Assembly (NCBI GenBank): GCA_965202585.1
Contig: OZ241831.1
Coordinates: forward strand, 41,664,001-41,728,000
From: Thalia democratica
Taxonomy: Eukaryota
Direction of reading: 5' to 3'
Length of the DNA: 64,000 bases
Program-made: the position numbers and the translations under genes
The notes under the pieces: generated by a model
The model's database searches: none
What the model was told of the DNA's origin: nothing
The model's input: the letters and a program-made list of their open reading frames with translations, nothing else
Shown: in pieces, positions 1 to 9,000 of the stretch
How positions within the stretch are numbered: position 1 is the first letter of the stretch
Layout: each line of letters starts with the position of its first letter

Positions 1-1096
1 TAGTGAAACTGCAAAGCATGAAAAAAATCTGTTATCTAATGTTAACAAAATTGAGAACTTTCAAAGGAATTTCAATTTTTAAACACAGGGTGTATCAATT
101 GAAAGATAATGAGAAATCTAAAAATACTAACAAAGTATTACTAGAAAATAGTATTACTGTTCAACAAATTTATTTAATATTATTATTAATTTAATAAAGT
201 GTTGGAAGGAACAAAAAAGAAAGTTAATAAAATAATAAACATTTATAAAATTAAACTTGTTAAATATAACAACTTTAAACAAAATGACTGTTCACTTGAC
301 TTATTATATATATACACTCCTAAAACATAAATCTAACAACAAATATAACTACATAACCTGAAACTTTATCTATACTAAGTTAACTTAACACTAACCTTAA
401 CAACTGAAAACAACTTTTTTTATGTTCGCATGCGTGTAATTGAACATTTGTGGTTTGTGGTGTGACCTCAGAACTCGAGACAACACTGTTGGGCATAGTA
501 TTTTGAGAGAATTTAGGGTTTTATAACCCGCGACGAGTTCAAAAGACTTTTTTGCTTAAATAATTTTCAAATGTTTAGGCTAACCCAGAACATCGACACC
601 TTGTGATGAATTTCCCGTATTTTTTTTAAGTCTTGTTTTTCTAAAAGCGAAATGGTGCAATTCCGTGGATTTGAACTTACCAGGAACAAAAGAACTAGAA
701 AAAACTTACCAGGAATAAAAGAAGGCAGGGATATAAATCTAAAAAAAGTAAAGAAAACATTTAATGCTAAAGTTTAATATAAATGAGGTTAAAATTAAAC
801 TATGTTTCTCAATAACAGAGTTTTTATTTGTTCTCTTTCTAACAATAAAATAAACAAAGAATACTTTTCAAGTGAGTCATATGATTTTTTAAATTGTTTT
901 TTTCGAAATACTTTTTAATTTTTGTTATGATCAATATAAAGCTTTTGATAGTAATAGTGGTATTCTAATTACAGAACTTAATTTTGATATTGAGACTGGA
1001 CAAACTTTTGTTAGTTCACAATACATATCTAGTAACGTTAATCCATTTTAGTTTATAGTAAATGAAACTGAAAAACTACAAATATAATAAGATAAA

Positions 1097-1330
1097 ACAA
1101 ATCTTCCTAAACAACAGTGTTTAACAGTTACTTGCATATAAAAGATTTTAGAAAAGCTTAGCAGTAACATAATAGAATCGCTGGAAACAACTAGTGTTGA
1201 TATTAAAGTAGCCTTCAGAACAGATTTAGTTGGAAACTATTTCTCATTGAAAGATCGAATGGATAAATTTTACAGGAGTTGCATCGTTTACAAGTTTCAA
1301 TGTCCGGGTGACCTGGATACCCAATTCAAG
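1097..1330 (+). mobile_element. Degenerate Penelope-like element fragment (linker and start of GIY-YIG endonuclease)
   Basis: Hand translation gives ...TVTCI*KILEKLSSNI...DIKVAFRTDLVGNYFSLKDRMDKFYRSCIVYKFQCPGDLDTQ, matching my recollection of the PLE pattern YFSLKD...S.VVYKF.C. It is truncated just before YIG. Confidence 0.65.
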
Positions 1331-2255
1331 TATAACTCTATAATAAAAAAAATAAAAATAAAAGTTAAAGGGAAAAAATGTACCAGATAAAATATTTCTA
1401 AAGTTTAACTTAAGGTAAGTTCTAAACCTAGGATATCTAAAGCCGTGTTTACATTTACAAAATAAATAATAAGCTATTCAAAACTATTTGCAAAAACAGT
1501 TTTAAAAGTCAAGTAAAGGTAAAACATAATAAAAAACTGAGAAATAAATTAAAATATCAAAATTAGTCTAAAAAACATACTTTGAAACAAACATTCTAAT
1601 TAACATAAATCAAAACACTCTTAAATAAAAATTAAATGTATTTTTTTAAATTTAAAGAGTTATCAATGAAATATGCAACAAAAACAAAAAGAAAACTACT
1701 TCCTACTTAAAATTTAAATAAATAAAGTTGTTTTCAAAGCTAATTGATATAGTTTATAAACATAACACAAGATTTGCTTATTAGTAAACAGACATGTCAG
1801 TAACATAAATCAATCAAAAATAATGCAGTAATATAAAATACAGCAGAAACAGTTTCATCTGGTATGATGCGATAAATGTTGAAGTATATAACGTTACAAA
1901 AATTTAAACTCAAAGAAAGCCAGTAGTGAGGATTAGATATCAGTCAAATTCTTAAAAAAGGCAACATTGTATCTCTAGTAACTAAAAAAAACTAATTAGT
2001 CAGGTATCCTGTGAAACTAAATATCCAAATAGTTTAAAAGTAGCAAAAGTAATACAAATACTCCAGTCAGGCTCAAAAACGTTAACAAGAAAATATAGAT
2101 TATAGTTCATTTTATCTAATTTAAACAAATCTACAATAAAAACTTATACAATAGTTCCATAACAGTTTGTAAATTTATTTACTAAATACAATAACCAATT
2201 TTTTTTTCAGATCAGGCTAGTCTACCACCTTAGCTTTTATTCTTTAGCTTTTGAA

Positions 2256-2978
2256 CTATCTTGCTTATTTACGCACATTGTGTCCACAGAAAAAATGCGT
2301 AAAGATATGAGAGATCGTAAAGATACGAGAAGTACCAAATATACTTACTGTATTGGATGTTTTTTGACACTTGTTTACTTTATTTATAAATATGAAAATA
2401 AACTATACATATATTAAAAAGAAGGATTTAAATTTATAAAGAATAATAGTATTTGTAGAAAAATTTTACTAATTTTAATAATATGTATATTTTACCTTTA
2501 TCTTTATTTATATGAGACTTATTTGATACTTAACATTTGTATTCTATTTTACTTAGCGAATTAAATTTATAATTAAGCATTTGTTTTCAATTAAGAAATG
2601 GTGTTGGCAAGAGTGTTGTAGTATGTGTTTGTGTTTTAAAGTCTCATTATTTCATTATACTTTCATTATTTAACACAGTCATATTTCTTTCAGAGTTTTT
2701 ATTTAATCTCTTATTGTTAACAAAATTTCTTATATATTGAGGTATAACTAAATGTTTATTAATTAGTCAAGGAACATAAGTTTACTAAGTCTAAAGATGT
2801 AGAGTGGTGAGTTAGCATTTAATAATATATTTTAAATTAAAATTATACAATAAATCTAATTTGTGAAATATTAAAAAATACTAGAATTTTTATTTTTTGA
2901 ATTTTTTAGAATTTTAAAATGCGTAACTAAACGAGAGTGCGTAACGTCACGAGTGCGTAAAGATCCGAGAGGATATTG
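2256..2978. mobile_element. 723-bp insert, probably an old TIR element; present in copies 1 and 3 (46453-47175), absent in copy 2
   Basis: Defined by alignment to copy 2. Ends carry the inverted core ttacgcac/gtgcgtaa and repeated (gt)gcgtaaagat..gaga motifs. Interior is AT-rich. Confidence 0.5.
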
Positions 2979-3193
2979 TAATTGAAGAAGCTCTATATTA
3001 ATTTATTATAGGTAAAGCTTAATTTAATGATCAGTTTTACTAGATGTAAGTAAACTTTTAAATCTTGATAGTGTTAGTAGAGAAGTTTTGTTTAAAACTT
3101 AGATTTCTATAGCAGTGGTATTCAAGCTAATCAAGTTTTGTGTACACCAACCTGAAAAAAAACATCGGTTTGTCCCAAGATATAATTTTTAAA

Positions 3194-3326
3194 AGCGCCG
3201 CTAGTGGTGGGTCTTCGTAAAATTTTTTAGTAACATGTTTCTCTCTAAAGCGATATCTTAACTTATGTTGTGATACTATTATTTATGTTAATGAGATATG
3301 TTTTCATTGAACCCACTAGCGGCGCT
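3194..3326. repeat. 133-bp mini inverted-repeat element (also 24926-25058, 47391-47523)
   Basis: agcgccgctagtgg (3194-3207) and ccactagcggcgct (3313-3326) form a perfect 14-bp inverted repeat in copies 1 and 3. Confidence 0.75.
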
Positions 3327-4330
3327 AATATATCATAATTAAGTTTATTTCTACATGCAAACCTTTTAATAACTCAAGCTGAATCTTGTTATTTAATCCT
3401 AATTTAAATGTACTTTTCTATTTGGTTTGCCTTATTTTTACAATGAGATTTTAGTTATATGGTTTTGTCTTACATAAATATCATTTGAACACATCTTCGC
3501 AACCACTACAAATCCCCAGTAGAGTACTTTTAAAATATTTTATTTAACATTAACTACATACTTAAACTAATTCTATGTCTTTAACTTTTTGTGTATTACC
3601 TACTTCAAAAAATGATATTCAAACAGAAAAATAACACATGAAAAAGGAGTTAAAAACAGATAAATTCTAAATTATGTATATGTTGTTGCTCTCCGTACAG
3701 TTGCTGTAGACATTGTTTCTTTCATAGACTAAATTTTTGCACTTCAAGAAGTTCAGGGTTGTATATGATTGTCACTTCTTTCTGGTAAAAAAACTAAAAC
3801 CTGAAAATTGAAAAATGTTTTGTTGTGAAGTTTATTACATATAACTAGTACATACTATACTATAAGTTTTAACTAGGCTTAGCATTTAATATAGAGTTTT
3901 TCACTCTTTCAAGTAAAAAAGCAATTCTGATTGACCTACAACCAGTTTGTATTTCTTTAAGCTAGTTTAAAATAAGAAAATGTTTATCTATGTTGGCTAA
4001 AAACTCAATATCAAATTAAAAATCATATGTGAATAAAACAGTAATTAACTCAACAAATACTTAATTGAAAAAATAGTTTAACATTCAGAAAAATATCAAA
4101 CTAGTCTAAATTTAAATTAGCTTTTACTAAATGCTACAAACTGTTACTCTATATGCTACTTATGCAAACTTTGGATGGTATTAGTGAGGATATTTTATAC
4201 TAATGAACAAATACACAACTTAACAATAGTATAAAGGACATCATGTTTAAAAAATACTTTAAAGGGAGACAAATCCATAACAAAGATTTTAAATCTGAGA
4301 TAATATATTTTAAGAAATGTAAGCCTAGAC

Positions 4331-4398
4331 CAGGGGTCGGCAGGCAGTTTGTGCTCGCAGGCCAAATTTCGAGTTTCAAAAATTTTAGTGGGCCGCAG
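4331..4398 (+). mobile_element. Isolated hAT-like left end fragment (also 26063-26130, 48528-48595)
   Basis: caggggtcggca...gcaggcc...gggccgcag resembles hAT MITE termini. No partner end found. Confidence 0.4.
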
Positions 4399-5766
4399 TT
4401 TTGGTTTTAGTGATATGCAAAAAATATTATGGTTCTAGTTTTATTAACAATTTTAGGTTACTTTTATTCAGTTTGTTGTTTTAAAATGATTTTAGCTACA
4501 CATAGAATACCTAAAAAACTTATAAACATTTATTGGAATCAAAATTTCATTGACTAATATAGTTTAGTCTTAATAAACCATGTAATATTTAAACAGTTAG
4601 TAGGTTTAATTTACTGTTTTGTAGATAATAAATTATAGTACTAAATAACTTTTAAACCTAGCTTACAATACCTACAAACAGAATTCAAAAAGAAGAGAGC
4701 GGTTTGTTAAAAAAATAAAATTAAGAAATTATTTATATCTAAGTGTACTTCGACATAACTAGTTTTTTTTAAATTTTAGTTTAAATTAAGTAAATAATGA
4801 ATTGCCACGGTTTGGATTTGCAGCGTTCTTTTGCCTTTTCATGCAAGCTGTCTGTTGAAAATGGTATCTGTTCTTGAGTCTTAGTACGTACTTTACGAGA
4901 GTGCGTACCTGCTCTATGTATGTAGTGTAGCTGGTAAACTTTATATACAATGAGCAAGATTAATACAAGGATAAATAAGTGCATGTGATGAAAAAAAGAA
5001 TAGTTTGACTCTCTTGAGGTAGCCAAAATACAATATTTTCAACAGCAACATTTGAGCATCATACGCGTATACATAGTGTTACACTATTAAGAGAGGCACT
5101 TGTAGTGTGTCAGAAAGCGAGCTGACGACCTAGTCAGCTTAGGGATTTTACAATGTAAAGCTACAACGAATAAATCCCTAGACGTCTAAGCGGGTAGACG
5201 TCGTGAAGGCGGGTTGTGTGTTAGTGTGTTTGCAGGCATACAGATTATAGCTTGAGTCGACTTGGCCGTCGACTCGAGCTAGAGTCGAAAGACCGCAGCT
5301 AGGCGATCAAAGGTCGTATAGCAGACCTCATTGAATAAGCACGAAGGGAACGTAAAGCGAGAGCAAGGCACGTACCGTCCTAAGCAAGCCGTTAAGCATA
5401 AAAGCCGCACTCTCGCAAGGCAGTATATGAACGAGCTCTGACATGATTCAGCCCAGTTGAAAGTACGTTTGAGTGCAAAGATGAATTGATTAAGGAATGC
5501 ATTTCTAGAAGTGAAGCTTCGGACGGGCGACTGAAGCAGAGTAGGCGAGGTACTAGAAAATGCGAAGGTGTAGCACTCAAAATGTAACATGTAAAAAAGC
5601 GGCATAATCTCATGGTCGCTTTCAAAGTCAGAGGTCAGTTGAAGCGAAATGTTTTGGAAGGGAAGCAGGAGCTTCGAGAAAACATTTGTAAAACAGCGGG
5701 AGGTCTGTTTTTTCGAAAAGTTGTTGAAAATGAATTTTTGGGTTGTGAGAAGGGTGGAGAGAATAA

Positions 5767-5870
5767 AGAAAGAAAAGTTGGAAAAATTTTGAGCAAAAAA
5801 GCCGTCCGAATTCGCCCGCGGGCGAATTCGGACGGCTTTTTTGCTCAAAATTTTTCCAACTTTTCTTTCT
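5767..5870. repeat. Perfect 104-bp palindrome with no spacer
   Basis: 5767-5818 (agaaagaaaagttgg...gaattcgcccg) is the exact reverse complement of 5819-5870, checked base by base. Confidence 0.97.
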
Positions 5871-5873
5871 ATA

Positions 5874-6067
5874 ATTTTTCAAAGGTGTTCGACAAAAGTC
5901 GAACGCCTTTTTTTTACCCAAAATTTTTTTTGGCTACCTCAAGAGAGTCAGAGTTTTTTGCCTAGTACTATATATTTTTCAAAGGTGTTCGACGAAAGTC
6001 GGATGCCTTTTTTTTACCCAAAAATTTTTTAGGCTGCCTCAAGAGAGTCAGAGTTTTTTCCCTAGTA
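5874..6067 (+). repeat. Two 94-bp direct repeats (period 100), each with a 13-bp hairpin followed by a T-tract (also 27606-27799, 50071-50264)
   Basis: atttttcaaaggtgttcgac[a/g]aaagtcg...cctttttttt...cctcaagagagtcagagtttttt.cctagta at 5874-5967 and 5974-6067. Confidence 0.93.
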
Positions 6068-9000
6068 ATGATTATTTTATCAATTTCACTGATGTCTTAA
6101 ATTTTGAACGTTGCTGCCGAAAGGTTAGCACCATTATTTTTTATATATAATTTTGATAAAAAATGTTAGAGTTTTTAAAATTACAACTATCAATAGCCTT
6201 ATTAGAGAAATGTAGAAAATATTTTTTACTTTTGATACTTATAATAAATTAAGATTTAATTTATAAAGATATAATCAAAACAATGATAGTAAAAAGGCTT
6301 GTTTGTTATTTGAAATATGTAAGATAAAAATATTACAAATTAAACTTTATATTTCAGGTTAGAACTTTTATATTTCAAATTGAAAATAAGTTTTAATGTT
6401 CTTAACAAAATTACGCATTGAAATTTTCAACATTTTCACGTTTCTAAGACATGCTTTATTTTTTAATAAAGTTTTAAACTAATGGGAATTTACTTACAAA
6501 CGAGAACTATAAAAGTAAGCATGCCAAAAAAAAAAACTTAAGCACGTGTACATATATTACTTAACCTGATAAGATAATAAATCCAATTGTACAAACAAAA
6601 ACAAACTAAACTCGTATCTGTGCCAACGAACAACTATGTCAAAAAGAAAATTAAAAGTGTTGTTTTATAATTAGAATTTTTTTTTGTATCTGACACTTAA
6701 TGAAGCAAACTGTTTAATTCAACGTTGATACTCTTTTTAGTACTTGTGTGCAGTTTTCTATATAGTTTTCTATACAATAAACAAATTTTTAGGTAGCAGG
6801 CATTTTGATTAATTTTGTTAAACGTTTGTAATTCATTTAATTTGTTCTTAAAAATAAAAGAATATGGTTTAGTTTGTTAAATAAAACGACAAAAACCGAT
6901 AAAACATTTAGTGTAGTTGAGAAACAAGTAGCTTATGTATAAAAACGATTTATGTGATTCAATCATGTAATTTAGTTTAGTTAACATAAGGCATATTTAA
7001 GTATAGACAGCTATATGTAACTATACTGATTTTGTTTGAGTCAACTATCATAGACAAGTTCTCAATTAATGAAAAATAAAGATACTTCACATTTTTTTAT
7101 ACATGCGCAAGTACTTGGTAAAAACTTTAAATAACTAAACAAAAAGCTTGCGAAACATAGGCTACTCCCACAACTGATTTCTGAATACAATCTAGTTTCG
7201 TTTAGTTTTCTTTTATCGCTCGTTTTATTTATTTAATTATAAAGTTTTAAGTTTTAAACTTAAAACTTATCGGCTCGTTAACCATTGTAAAACCATGTGG
7301 TGTACGACTCGAAAACCGAAAAGTTCTTTCGAATACCAGGTCTTTAGAAGAAACTTTTTAATGCTTTTTTTGCGGTTCAACGAACAATAAAAAATTGAAA
7401 AGGGAAGGTTAAAAAAAAGCTACTAGACGAAGTGGTCTAACGTTTTCACGCGTTGTCAAACTCTTGTAATCAACATATTTTTCTCTATACTTAGCTAGAC
7501 GCTCAAAAATGTAACGGCGACTTTTGCGAGACTAAGTGTCTGTTTCCATTATATGATCATTAAAAACTTCACTTTCAGCTAAGTTTACTTATAGAATATG
7601 GTTTTATAAAAGCATGTCTTGGTAGTTAATTATTTTGATTTAAGTAAAGTACTTGACAAATACAGGTATTTCTCATAAAACTATTCGCAGATTTTTGACA
7701 ATTACGGACGACGCAAGTTGATTTTACGAGAAAAGCTATTGAAAACAGAAAAAAAGTCTAATAAAAGAGATGAGTACAAATTATATTGAAAATAAGAGGT
7801 ATACTCATTTAGACATTTTGCAATAGCGTTATGAACGCTTTTCAACAATCTATCTGGAGTATTTTAAAGTTATGTAATTTAACATAATCTAATGAACGTA
7901 AAGATAACTTATGAAAAATATAAAAATCAACAAACGTGCGAAGATTTAAAACTGTAAACTTTGAAAAACCGTCTTTTTTTACGATCAAAGTTAAACACAA
8001 TATTTTATTTAAACAAAGCGTCATGCGACTAAAATAAAGCAAATTTATAATTTAAACAAAAGAGTCGTTAATAATATAGCTTTGGTAGTTACAGCACAAC
8101 ACCTATGACAGAACTACTCTTATATATCTTATACTACTTAAACAACGATTACTTGTCGAATTTTTTCATGATATTAAGGTACTTCATAAAGAGAAACATA
8201 TTACAAAATAGAAGCAAATTGATTTAGTGACATTTAATTTTATACTCGTTTAATCAAAACTAACATTTAAACGGTTAAATATGTAGTTGCTATCTTGCAT
8301 AGTTGGTCATTTCATGCAGTTAGTTTTTGTATATGAACTGAAGAAAGACCTAAATAAAAATATCAGAAGCGTTATCTTTTACAAAGCTTGAGCTTTATTT
8401 AATACGCAAGTGAAAACTTCCAACAAGAAACAAAATCAAATACTAAAACTATTAAGAAAGGTTGATTTAGAAATACATTTATTTTAAGAAAACATCTGTT
8501 TAATGCTCATTCCGAAGTCAATACACTGCGAAGAACAGTCCTGGACAAAAAATTTATGTAACTGTGGCGTATTAGTTGATAACCGAAAGGTTTTTCGTAC
8601 ACCAGGTCCTTAGATCAAACTTTTATTGAGTGTTTCTATCGACGTTCAACAAACTGACTGTACATACGAACTAACTTCCAAGCATGTATAAAAATTTTGA
8701 TATATATATGGCAAGTTTCCTTCAAGTTGCGTAAACAAGTCGAACATTTGTGTAATATATTTATTAAACGGTAATAAAAACTATGCAAGCTGTGTTAGTA
8801 TAAGTGTCACTATATAATATTTCAAGAAAATTGCAGCTATACTCTGATAAATCACTTATTCGGGTAAAAATAGTTTTTTCTCAAAAACTCGATTTCATTT
8901 TATCTTTACAAGAATTCTGGACATTATGAAAAAGTTGCTTTTAAATAATGGTGATGCTTTAAAAAATATATATACTTAAGTATATTATCCAATAATCTAT

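Larger units (their letters stand above)
5090..6135 (+). ncRNA. Candidate large structured RNA or ssDNA-structured element of unknown family, copy 1
   Basis: ~48% GC island in ~22% GC background. Stems: 5120-26/5133-39, 5140-48/5172-80, 5181-88/5195-5202, 5249-61/5268-80, 5468-76/5573-81, 5647-55/5679-87, 5321-29/5700-08, 6112-6130. GAAA tetraloops occur, and mismatches read as G.U on the + strand. Confidence 0.5.

Noticed and set aside
3-194. 63-65-aa ORF at the unit start, plus ORFs at 7842-8042 and 19697-19885
   Set aside because: Low-complexity AT-rich frames with no motifs or splice support. Their recurrence only reflects the tandem duplication.
3313-3327. CTCF-like motif ccactagcggcgcta
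   Set aside because: One base shorter than the consensus core and explained as a TIR arm.
5109-5165. Hammerhead ribozyme (CTGACGA at 5122-5128 followed by a ccta/tagg stem)
   Set aside because: Required GAAA after stem II is GATT, no convincing stem I, and the motif is sequestered in a stronger hairpin.
5090-5766. Telomerase RNA, RNase P/MRP, group I or II intron, or rRNA identity
   Set aside because: No 1.5x CCCTAA template. P4-like halves (cagacct, aggtctg) are in the wrong order. No GACTA/TAGTC P7 pair, no domain V, and no rRNA universal motifs. Only short coincidental matches such as gagcaaggc and cctaag.
5279-6032. Overlapping ORFs of 189, 77, 117, 97 and 63 aa on both strands (and their copies)
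   Set aside because: By-products of the GC-rich island and palindrome: the same peptide SKKAVRIRPRANSDGFFAQNFSNFSF appears on both strands. No recognisable domain.
5874-6067. CRISPR-like or bacterial origin for the direct repeats
   Set aside because: Only two 94-bp repeats with a 6-bp gap, no spacers or cas genes, and a eukaryotic intron/TE context.
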